Part shown: positions 29,336 through 37,930 of the stretch, piece after piece
Position numbering within the stretch: position 1 is the stretch's first letter
Layout of the letters: each line of letters opens with the position of its first letter
Assembly (NCBI GenBank): GCA_965219385.1
Contig: CBDCNM010000002.1
Location: 2,784,936-2,848,935, forward strand
Direction of reading: 5' to 3'
Origin: Candidatus Latescibacterota bacterium
GTDB lineage: Bacteria; Latescibacterota; UBA2968; UBA8231
DNA length: 64,000 nucleotides
Made by a program: the position numbers and the translations under genes
Notes under the pieces: model-generated
The model's input: the letters and a program-made list of their open reading frames with translations, nothing else
Database searches by the model: none
What the model was told of the DNA's origin: nothing

Positions 29336-31894
29336 TCAATACGCCACCGCCACCGTGCGCAGGACCTCTTTGCCCGTGACATCCGCCCCCTCCGTGCTGG
29401 TATCGATCCGCAGCCGCGCACAGTAGATCCCGGGCGGCACTAGCTTGCCGACCGCATTGCGGCCATCCCACGGCATCTCGTAGGCCCCGGTGCTCACCCC
29501 GCGCCGTTCGACCAAACCCTGTACCCAGCGGCCGCTCAGATCGTAAATATCCACCTTGACCGGATTATCGTCGCCCACCCGCACCACCTTAAAGACAAAC
29601 AGCGCCCGGTCGTTGATACCATCCCCATTGGGCGAAAACACCGGGGGTCTCACCGCCACATTGGCAAGCAATTCCCTGCTCTTTATGGACCCCACCAGGG
29701 TGGTGGTATTGCCCTCGACCTGCTCCAAGGCATCCCCCGCGTCCACCCGCTGCCACACCCCATTGCTCCAGGTCCCGTTCTGCACCGCAGCGCGTAGCGG
29801 CGCCCCCGTGGCAAAGAGCGCGGTCCTGAAATCCAGCCGCACCACTTCAATGCCCTCCCCAAAGCCGATTTCCGGAAATTTCAGGTGCAGGCTATCGGAG
29901 CCGGTGGGGATCCGGGTGGCATCCAGCTGCAGGCCGGACGTATCCCCGGGCTCAGCGCCAGTGAAATCCCGTTCCCGGCCCCCGTACAGGGTCGTAAAAT
30001 TCAGCTCCATATCGGGTGGGGCCACCAGCAACAACTGGTCGAAACCCGGATCCCTGCGCCCGAATTTGGGCCGGATGTACAGAGAGAAGGGCCGTTCCGC
30101 TCCCAGGGTGTCGACCTGAAAGGGCACAATTTCGCCGACCAGACTCTGGGCCACGGGCGAGGCAAAATTGAGCCGGATCGACCGCAGTGCGGAACTGGTG
30201 TCCGGATCCGCGGAGATCAGGGTGGCCCGGATCTTGAGGAACTCCCGCGGCGAGGGCGAGGTAATGGGACTCCCGGCGGGATTCCGGTAGGGTTCGCTCC
30301 AGTCGCTCCAGTCGCTGCCCGGCACCTCCAGGGTGTCTATAGCCCCTTTGAAGACCGAAATCAATTTATCGTACTCGGCTTGCGAGACTTCGGTGCCGTC
30401 CTTCTTGAAATAGCGCAAGGCGTGTCCCAATTCATTCCCGGTGCGGGTCTGGAGCACCACCCGGGTTCCTGGTGGCGCCTCCTCTTCCCACTCGATCTCG
30501 AGCAGATTGCGGCTGCCCCCCAGGCGGATCAGGTCCGATGCCAGGGCGACTTCCGGCTGGAATCCTTCCCCGTAGAGCTGGAACTCCGATACCAAAGTTG
30601 AACTCGCGCGGCCCCCTGCCCCGGGAAGGAAGATCCTGAAGAAGCGGGCTTTGAGCGGAGCGAATCTTTCGCCGTCGAAATTGTTGCCTCTCGCATCGTC
30701 GTGAGCCACCGTGGTAGTCCACCGGAGGCTGCCGTCCGGGGCCTGGGAACCATCCGAGAGGTCCACATTGTAGGGTTTAAACCCCCCTCCCCCTCTGCCG
30801 AAGACGATCCGGTAGGAGTCAATCCAGAACAAGGCACCCAGGTCAAAGAACAGTTCGAGATCCTGAGCTCCGTAGTTTATTTGTCGTCCCTTGTCCCGGA
30901 TCCCGTCGGTGAAGGCGGCCAGGCCGAAAGAAGTGGGGGTCATGGATCCCCCCCTCTCGAGCGTGCGGCTGAGTATTTCGTCCCCTTCGCCCCAGACCTC
31001 CAGGCCGGCCAGGCGCGGGCGCTCGCGGCGAAAATAGCGGATGGGCCCTTTCTGGTCCGCGCGCAATTGCTGGTAGATACCCCTTTCTACCGCGACCTCC
31101 CCCCCACCGAGCAGGAGCTTGGTGTACTCGATCGCGCCCCGCTCCGCCGCGGGCAACTTATTGTATGCATCTTCGTCCTCGATTTGCCGGCCCCGATCGA
31201 AATCGCTCCCCCGCACCACCACCTGTACAAACCGCGCCCCCATGGCCCCTACTTCCTGGTCCATCCCCTGCAGATCGATCTCGAAGAGCCGCTGGGTCTT
31301 GTTCGGGTGGAGGGTCCGCAACACGGTCCGGTAAACCAGCTTCTCGAGGTTTCTCGTCGGCGTTGCCCCGTCCGCCACCAGCACGTCGAAGAGCAGGAAG
31401 GGATCCCCTTCCTCTTCCGCGACGAATCGCAGCACGATCTTCCTGGCCAGCACGTAGCGTCCCAGGTCCACGATGAACCACGCCCGCCAGGCCAGCTCGT
31501 CCCCCTCTCCTGCCAGCTCGGGCTCCCAGTAGGTGCTTTTGTCATTGTCCAGGACGTGGGCCACGTCCGCCCGCCTGGAACCGGCCTGGATGGCATCTAT
31601 CAGGGTGATGTCCTCGGGATCCTTTTTCAGGCTCGCGGGTGGAAAGAGCTGAAGGAACGCCACGATATCCGGCACCACATTGATATCCTTGCGCCAGCGG
31701 CGGGGTTGCACCCGACCTGAGGACGAGACTTCTACGGTCCCCGCAGGGAACTCCCAGTTCTGCCAGTGCGTCCGGCCGGAAACCACGACCTGATTGCCAC
31801 TGACGCGATGCCCTCTCCCCTGGGTCCACCCTTCCGAGAGCAAGGCCAGCAATAGCACCATACCTGCCCGATATATCCATCCCATCTTGTCCAT
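29336..31894 (-). CDS. Secreted protein with C-terminal CHU_C/FlgD-Ig-like domain (paralog 1 of 3)
   Basis: Signal peptide; C-terminus FSPNGDGIND...IYDLSGR...WDGRNAVGKLVPPGIY. Confidence 0.75.
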   Translation of the reverse strand: MDKMGWIYRAGMVLLLALLSEGWTQGRGHRVSGNQVVVSGRTHWQNWEFPAGTVEVSSSGRVQPRRWRKDINVVPDIVAFLQLFPPASLKKDPEDITLIDAIQAGSRRADVAHVLDNDKSTYWEPELAGEGDELAWRAWFIVDLGRYVLARKIVLRFVAEEEGDPFLLFDVLVADGATPTRNLEKLVYRTVLRTLHPNKTQRLFEIDLQGMDQEVGAMGARFVQVVVRGSDFDRGRQIEDEDAYNKLPAAERGAIEYTKLLLGGGEVAVERGIYQQLRADQKGPIRYFRRERPRLAGLEVWGEGDEILSRTLERGGSMTPTSFGLAAFTDGIRDKGRQINYGAQDLELFFDLGALFWIDSYRIVFGRGGGGFKPYNVDLSDGSQAPDGSLRWTTTVAHDDARGNNFDGERFAPLKARFFRIFLPGAGGRASSTLVSEFQLYGEGFQPEVALASDLIRLGGSRNLLEIEWEEEAPPGTRVVLQTRTGNELGHALRYFKKDGTEVSQAEYDKLISVFKGAIDTLEVPGSDWSDWSEPYRNPAGSPITSPSPREFLKIRATLISADPDTSSALRSIRLNFASPVAQSLVGEIVPFQVDTLGAERPFSLYIRPKFGRRDPGFDQLLLVAPPDMELNFTTLYGGRERDFTGAEPGDTSGLQLDATRIPTGSDSLHLKFPEIGFGEGIEVVRLDFRTALFATGAPLRAAVQNGTWSNGVWQRVDAGDALEQVEGNTTTLVGSIKSRELLANVAVRPPVFSPNGDGINDRALFVFKVVRVGDDNPVKVDIYDLSGRWVQGLVERRGVSTGAYEMPWDGRNAVGKLVPPGIYCARLRIDTSTEGADVTGKEVLRTVAVAY

Positions 31895-31911
31895 GGGCGC
31901 TACCTCGAGTT

Positions 31912-33840
31912 TCAGTACACCAGAGAGACCACGCCTTCCCTGCTGGCCCTTTCCTCGTCCGCCTCCACTTCCAGCCTCAGGATGTAGAGCCCCGGCGGCA
32001 GGAGGGCTCCCTGTCCATCCCTGCCGTCCCAGGTGGTGGAAAAACGGCCGCCCGAAGCCCCGTCCCGTCCCGCTTCGCCCAGCTTGCGGCCCGCGAGGTC
32101 GTAGAGCATTACAGCCACCGGCACCGGTCCCGCCAGATTCAACAGGTCGGCCTCGATCCGCACCACATCATTCGTCCCATCCCCATTGGGGGTAAACGCC
32201 CGGGGCCACAGCCGCAGGACCTGGATGGTCTTTTGCCCCACATTGCTCAGGGCCACGCTCAGGGTATTGCTGTCCACCAGTTCGTCCGCATCCCCTGGCG
32301 TCACCCCCTGAGGCACCTCGTGCGGCCGGGTGCTGTCGAATACCCGACCGGAGAACACCGTGCCGAAATTGAAGACCTCGGCCTGGAACACCACCTCGAT
32401 CAATTCCTCTGTCTGCTGCGGATCGATCCGCGGGATCTCCACCTCGAAACCGCCCTCCTCCAAAAGCCTCCAGGCCCAGTCGGATGTCGGCACATCCGTC
32501 CGGCCAAGCCGCAGCGAATCCACGCTTAGCGGCCGCGCCGGCGTGTCCACGACCAGGCGGTCGAATCCCAGATCGTCGCCCCGCATCCGCGGTTTGAGCC
32601 TGTAGGTAAAAGAAGTAACGGCTCCGGCCCGGGCCTGCGCCGGGGTGATCTCGGCCACAACCTGGCTGGCCACCGGCGGGATCGATACCGCGAATTGCAG
32701 AAAGTCCAGCCTCCCGCTGGCCTCTCTGGTGGAGGCGAAATCCGCGCGGAACTGGACGAACTGCCGGGTCTTTGTAGCCTCCATGGCGCCCCTGCTGTCG
32801 GCAAAGTTGTAGGCCGCGGACCAGGATCCCCAGTTCTCGGTGTCGTGGGTAATCCCGGCTCGCTCCGTGGACGACAGCCGCTGGTAGTCCCTCAGGGTGA
32901 GGCGATCGCCGTCCTCGGCAAAGCGGCTACGCTCGCCGCCGCGAAAGGTAAAGCGCCAGTAGTTGTTGGGGTCGTCGTCGCCGCCGCTGCGCATGCTCAG
33001 GCCGACTTGCGCCCCCGGATCCTGCTGCCCGGCCCAGGAGAGCGCCCCCAGGCTGGCCGGCCGGCCCAGGTCGATCACATTGGATACATAGGCGGCCGAG
33101 ACCGCCGATCCAGCGCCAAAGATCTGGAGTTCGGCGATCTCCCAGATCCCGCGGGTGTTCTCGAACCCCTCGAACAGCAGCCGGCGGATGGGCACGGGCG
33201 GCAGTTCCAGCTCCAGCACGGGCCGGGTGTTCTCGCGGATATCGTGGGCAATATCAAAACCTACGGGATGCTGCCCCCCTGTGTAGTACTCCCGCGTGGC
33301 TTCCTTGAGGGGGTCCCCGTCGGTGATCCCGATGAGGAGGCGCTCCATGAAGCGCTCGCTGGCAAATTGTCGGCGCGGGAAAATGCGGAGACGGTCGATG
33401 AAGAAGAGCCCGCCGAAATCGAATATCATGTTCAAGGTCACGTCCCCGCCAACCTGGACAAAGCGGCCATCCCCCAGATAAACCGTGTCCTCGTCCTCGT
33501 CGAACATGGCGAGAAGATCATGGTCCATGGCCGTCACCCAGCCCCCCCTCCAGAGATGGTGGAGCACATCGCCCCCCTGACCCCCGAGCCTCGGGGCCAG
33601 GTTGGTACCCGGATCCAACTGCCGGGGCCGCATGAAATCGGGCCTTATCTCCAGCAACTCGGCCTTGCCGTGCTGGCTCTCGTCCACCGCGGCCCAGTCC
33701 AGGGGCTCGAAACTGAAAGGCGCGTCCAGGTCCGGCTCGGGCAGGTTCTCTCCCCCCATCCGGTATAGGGTGAGGGCTCCGAGCTGCGGCAAACAGGCCA
33801 AAAGGACAGTAAAAACAACAAGGGCCAGACGAAAATCCAT
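31912..33840 (-). CDS. Secreted protein with C-terminal CHU_C/FlgD-Ig-like domain (paralog 2 of 3)
   Basis: Signal peptide; FTPNGDGTND...LYDLAGR...WDGRDGQGALLPPGLY. Confidence 0.75.
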   Translation of the reverse strand: MDFRLALVVFTVLLACLPQLGALTLYRMGGENLPEPDLDAPFSFEPLDWAAVDESQHGKAELLEIRPDFMRPRQLDPGTNLAPRLGGQGGDVLHHLWRGGWVTAMDHDLLAMFDEDEDTVYLGDGRFVQVGGDVTLNMIFDFGGLFFIDRLRIFPRRQFASERFMERLLIGITDGDPLKEATREYYTGGQHPVGFDIAHDIRENTRPVLELELPPVPIRRLLFEGFENTRGIWEIAELQIFGAGSAVSAAYVSNVIDLGRPASLGALSWAGQQDPGAQVGLSMRSGGDDDPNNYWRFTFRGGERSRFAEDGDRLTLRDYQRLSSTERAGITHDTENWGSWSAAYNFADSRGAMEATKTRQFVQFRADFASTREASGRLDFLQFAVSIPPVASQVVAEITPAQARAGAVTSFTYRLKPRMRGDDLGFDRLVVDTPARPLSVDSLRLGRTDVPTSDWAWRLLEEGGFEVEIPRIDPQQTEELIEVVFQAEVFNFGTVFSGRVFDSTRPHEVPQGVTPGDADELVDSNTLSVALSNVGQKTIQVLRLWPRAFTPNGDGTNDVVRIEADLLNLAGPVPVAVMLYDLAGRKLGEAGRDGASGGRFSTTWDGRDGQGALLPPGLYILRLEVEADEERASREGVVSLVY

Positions 33841-33852
33841 ATCAATACCCCC

Positions 33853-33890
33853 ATAAAAGAAGGGAGAGCAGACAAATGTCTCGCCCTCCC
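33853..33890 (-). terminator. Intrinsic terminator after the 302-aa gene
   Basis: Minus strand GGGAGGGC-GAGAC-AUUU-GUCU-GCUCUCCC followed by UUCUUUUAU. Confidence 0.7.
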
Positions 33891-33927
33891 GGTCTTAAAA
33901 CAGGTTGTGAAGTACTACCTGTGCAAC

Positions 33928-34836
33928 TTACTTTGCAAAGGATGCCTTGATATGACCCCAGCTGTCGTTTTCGACCGCGGTCGGCAGCCGGTCGAAGTCG
34001 GGCTCGAGGAGAAGCACGTCGGCGTAGTCGGTGGCGTTGTCGTTCATGTTCGCCCCTCCCGCGGTCCACACCAGATAGCTCGCCGCCAATTCCTCGTCGG
34101 TGTCGCCGCCGTCGTTATCGATCCACGCGCCGGCCCAGCCGAAGATCTCGCCGGCCTGGAAATCGTGCAGGGTCCCCGCGTTGGGATCGGCCGGATCAAA
34201 ATCGTCCCAGGCCACCGAGTACCATTCGCTCGTGAGGGTGGTCTCGAGTCCGTGACCGCCATCGAGTTGATAGGCGTCCGGGCAGCAGGTATAGGGCGCC
34301 TTGTCGGCCCAGGTGGTTTCGCTCATCCACATCCACATCCAGCTGCGCGGCGCTATCTCCGGCATGCCCCAGTGGGCGGCCTGTGCGCCGTTGTAGGCCG
34401 GGACATCATCCGATGACCTGAGGCTTTCGGTACCACTGTGATCCGCGTCTATGCCCATCTCGATTTTATCGTTGCCGGCGCAGCACCCGCCGGCAAAGGC
34501 GTCCGACCTCTGGAAGTAGTCGTCGATCCATTCCTGGGCAAAGTAGATGCGGTCCTCCTCGTCGTTCCAGCCTATGGCGAAGCGGAAATTGAAGTCGGCC
34601 AGATCCAATACCGGCTCGTTCCCGGCGGAGGCGCCCCCCCACGTGTCATCGAGGTCGATCCAGTAGTCCTCGGGCAGGACATTCCACTCCGAAAGATCGC
34701 CGTCCAGGGTGGGCAGGTGCGTGCTGGGCCAATTCCACGCCACAAAAGTCACGCCTTCGGGAAGGTGAGCGCTGGCAGAACCGATCATGCCGAGCAGGGC
34801 CACTGCTGTGATGAGGATCAGGGCGGTTCTTTTCAT
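33928..34836 (-). CDS. Acidic secreted protein (DOMON/CBM9-like) with a C-terminal TAVExxSWGxIK tail
   Basis: Signal peptide ending ASA; PTLDGDLSEW, GWNDEEDRIYF, IDADHSG; ends PTAVENDSWGHIKASFAK; RBS gaggag. Confidence 0.7.
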   Translation of the reverse strand: MKRTALILITAVALLGMIGSASAHLPEGVTFVAWNWPSTHLPTLDGDLSEWNVLPEDYWIDLDDTWGGASAGNEPVLDLADFNFRFAIGWNDEEDRIYFAQEWIDDYFQRSDAFAGGCCAGNDKIEMGIDADHSGTESLRSSDDVPAYNGAQAAHWGMPEIAPRSWMWMWMSETTWADKAPYTCCPDAYQLDGGHGLETTLTSEWYSVAWDDFDPADPNAGTLHDFQAGEIFGWAGAWIDNDGGDTDEELAASYLVWTAGGANMNDNATDYADVLLLEPDFDRLPTAVENDSWGHIKASFAK

Positions 34837-34987
34837 GATGACAAGCTCCTCTGTTTAGGGTGAAAATAGCGCACGGATGATTTCACTCGAATTATGAGTC
34901 CATTTTATGAGTTCATTATTATTAAGGTAAAAAAACATGTAGACGTCAAGTTCTATTTTCTCGCCCGCACAAACAGGATTTTGGGGA

Positions 34988-37930
34988 TTATTCTTTGAGA
35001 CTGGCGAACACAGAGAGAAAAACCAGTCCCGACTTGCGGATATCCCGGTCCCCCTCCACCACCTCGAGGGAGCGCCGGTCGTAGCGCAAACCCAGTTGGG
35101 TGGTGAAGGCGTACCCCACGTACGAACTCCTGTTGCTCAATTGCAGGCCCAGGACCTGGCCGCGGAAATCACCGGTAAAAAGGCCGGGATCCAGGTCTTT
35201 TTCCCTTGCCCTGAGTTCGTAGAAGAAGCGCTGCTCCCAGCCCAGTTGGACATCGGAATTGACTAGCAGGGGAAACTGCACGAAAAAGAAGAAGAGGGCG
35301 TCCCATGAACCTTCCTTCTCCTGAGCCCGGCTGAAGGGGGTTGCGCGCAGGTATTCGCTTTTGAAGCGGGGCGAGAGCGATACCCTGCCCCACAGGTAGG
35401 TATAATTGACCTTGTCGATAAGCCCCACAAACCCCGAGTGCTCGCGGCCGTTGCGCCCGTCCGGTCCCAGGGGATCGAAGGCCACCATGGGCGCGCCCTT
35501 CTCGTCCAGCACAATCCGACCCTCTGCATCCTGGTGAAACTCCACCTGTGTGTCCTGCTGGCGCCAGGTTTCCCACTTGAAGCGGTGCCGGGTGGACCAC
35601 AGCTCCGGACTGGCGTAGTCCCAGTCGGCATAGAAGGTATTGATCCAGGTGTTCTCGCCGGCCAGGAGATCGGGCACGGCCTGGTTGGTGCCGGCCGTCT
35701 CCCCGGCCTGACCAAAGGCCTGCCGGGGCATGATCCACTGGGAAAGCGGGTCGAGGATGGTGTCCTCCACCCTTTTCACCATGTCGAAGACGCGCAGGCG
35801 GCCCCATACTGGATCGTCCTTTGCAAAGGTGAAAATGCCGTAATTGGTGCGGTTGTCGCGGTTGTCCTGGCGTTGCTCCTGGCTCAGGCGCCCCAGGGTC
35901 AGCCGGATCCGGGGATTGACCTGGACCCTGCCGTACAGATTGTAACCCCAGTGGTCTTTCTTGTAAGGATAGTCCGCCAGGTCGTCGTTCTCGAAGCGAT
36001 CCACCCAGGCGTTGTTGTTCAGATCCATGCCAAAGAGGAATTCCGGCCGGTCCGCATGATAGCGCAGGAAGGGTTCGTCGTAGTCGGGGAAAAAGTTGCG
36101 GCGATCCACGTTGCTGTTCTGGTTGAAGTCGGAGATGAAGTCGTGGTTTTCGTCGTACCCGGGGAACACCTCCGGATCGGCCGTCCCCAGGCTGCGGTCG
36201 GAAACCTCCCGGCCCGGGAGGGGGATCAGACTGCCCTGAAAGATGCGCTGCTGGTCGGGGTGGCGGTCGTTGTCGTCGTTGTCGTCGACCAGGTCGTAGG
36301 AGCGGGTAATGGCCTGCGGCGAGTAATCCACTGTCCCGGCGCTGTTCACCGGTCGTATATTGGTGCTGTAGCCATCGTCCATGCCAAAGGCCTCGGCAAA
36401 GAAGTGCCAGGCCCCCCTGCGTTTGGCCAGATTGGCCATCCAGCCGACGGAGCGTTTGTCCCCGGCGATGCCGGCGATGCCCCGGTGCTTCTCCCGCTGG
36501 ATTGCCGGGTACTTGCGGTAGCGGGTGTTGATGTTGAATTCGCCGTAAAAATCAAAGCCGTGGAAGTCGCGGATCTCGGCGCTCAGCCCCTGGATCTGAA
36601 CCGCCGTGGGGAGGCCGTAATCGAAGACCACCTGGCGCTGGTTCAGGCGGTTTTTGATATTGCCCGGGGCCCGCGCCACCTCCAGGAACTGCGGCTGCTC
36701 AACCGCGTTGGTCTGCCGGTCCGAGGCCACCTCCACCCGGTAGTCGCTGCCCAGGACCAGGCGGAAGCGCACATTCGAGACCTGGGCCAGGGCGTCCTCG
36801 GCCTCGGCCAGGGTCAGCCCCAGGTGCTGCTGCAGCAAAAACCGCAGAGTGCCGTCCTCGTCCTCCCCCTCTCCGGGAGCCAGGACGTACTTCAGGGTGA
36901 TGCGCTCGGTCCCGTCCGCACTCAGGAATCCATCCCTCATGGTGCCGCCCTGGCGCACCGGCCCGAAGCCGATATCGCTACCCACGATAACCGTGTCCCG
37001 GGCCACCGTCCGCACGGTGTCCGCCCCGGCGACCTGGCGCACCAGGGTGGTGGTGATTTCCACCTCCTGGGCAAAGAGCACGGCCCCGCCCTGGCCGTCT
37101 TCGGGGGAGTCGTCGCCAAGCCGCACCAGCAGCAGGTCCAGCCGCCTGGCCAGCTGGCCGGAGGTCAACTGGCCCGTGAAGGGATTTTCACCCAAACCGT
37201 CCCGGTTGCCATTGGCATGGTGGGCGTTCACCAGGGTCAGGCCCAGCCTCAGGAAATCCGTCACATCCGCCTCGACCCGGCCCGCGGCCAGGTTGGTGAA
37301 ATTGGCAGCCAGCACCTTTGCCGGCACCCCCTCGGCAATCACGACCTTGGGCCCCGAGATCCTGGAAAACAGGCCCGTAGCCTGGAAGCGGCTGGTTTCC
37401 AGGCTGGTCAAAACCCCGTTGAAGCCGGGCTTGTGGAAGGTCATGGGAGTCAGGGTCGCGTTGATTTCGTCTCCGATCAGGATCGAGTAGCTGTAGTCGC
37501 CGCTGGCATCGGTGGAGATGAGCAGCCGCTGGAACCAGTCCTGGTACTCGGTTTCCTTGGTCACTTCGCCGGCCTCGAAGGTGAGCGGCTGGGTCTGGCG
37601 CCAGTCGTAGATCAGCCACCCCCGGGTGATCAGATTCCCGTACGAGTCGTAGAAATAGGAGCCTTCCTGGTTGGGCTCCAGGTAGCGCAGGTAGCGCTCC
37701 CGGGCGTAGTTGGTGTAGCTCCACTGGCGGCGGCCGTACTCCTGGAACAACTCCTGGGGCAAGTACCAGCGCTGTATGGTCGGGTCCAGGGCGTCTATTT
37801 GCATGGAGGGGCCCGCCGCGGCAAAGACGGTCCGCCCGCCCACGCGCCGGCCCAGGCGGTTGCCGTAATCCACCTGGGCCGCGGCCGTGCCGGCCAGCCC
37901 GAGGATCAGCATTAGAGAGCACACCCTCAT
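34988..37930 (-). CDS. Putative outer-membrane protein, 980 aa (paralog B)
   Basis: ATG 37930 overlaps the upstream TGA; signal peptide MRVCSLMLILGLAGTAAAQ; amphipathic beta-strand patterning in the C-terminal half; Asp/Asn-rich loop. Confidence 0.65.
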   Translation of the reverse strand: MRVCSLMLILGLAGTAAAQVDYGNRLGRRVGGRTVFAAAGPSMQIDALDPTIQRWYLPQELFQEYGRRQWSYTNYARERYLRYLEPNQEGSYFYDSYGNLITRGWLIYDWRQTQPLTFEAGEVTKETEYQDWFQRLLISTDASGDYSYSILIGDEINATLTPMTFHKPGFNGVLTSLETSRFQATGLFSRISGPKVVIAEGVPAKVLAANFTNLAAGRVEADVTDFLRLGLTLVNAHHANGNRDGLGENPFTGQLTSGQLARRLDLLLVRLGDDSPEDGQGGAVLFAQEVEITTTLVRQVAGADTVRTVARDTVIVGSDIGFGPVRQGGTMRDGFLSADGTERITLKYVLAPGEGEDEDGTLRFLLQQHLGLTLAEAEDALAQVSNVRFRLVLGSDYRVEVASDRQTNAVEQPQFLEVARAPGNIKNRLNQRQVVFDYGLPTAVQIQGLSAEIRDFHGFDFYGEFNINTRYRKYPAIQREKHRGIAGIAGDKRSVGWMANLAKRRGAWHFFAEAFGMDDGYSTNIRPVNSAGTVDYSPQAITRSYDLVDDNDDNDRHPDQQRIFQGSLIPLPGREVSDRSLGTADPEVFPGYDENHDFISDFNQNSNVDRRNFFPDYDEPFLRYHADRPEFLFGMDLNNNAWVDRFENDDLADYPYKKDHWGYNLYGRVQVNPRIRLTLGRLSQEQRQDNRDNRTNYGIFTFAKDDPVWGRLRVFDMVKRVEDTILDPLSQWIMPRQAFGQAGETAGTNQAVPDLLAGENTWINTFYADWDYASPELWSTRHRFKWETWRQQDTQVEFHQDAEGRIVLDEKGAPMVAFDPLGPDGRNGREHSGFVGLIDKVNYTYLWGRVSLSPRFKSEYLRATPFSRAQEKEGSWDALFFFFVQFPLLVNSDVQLGWEQRFFYELRAREKDLDPGLFTGDFRGQVLGLQLSNRSSYVGYAFTTQLGLRYDRRSLEVVEGDRDIRKSGLVFLSVFASLKE

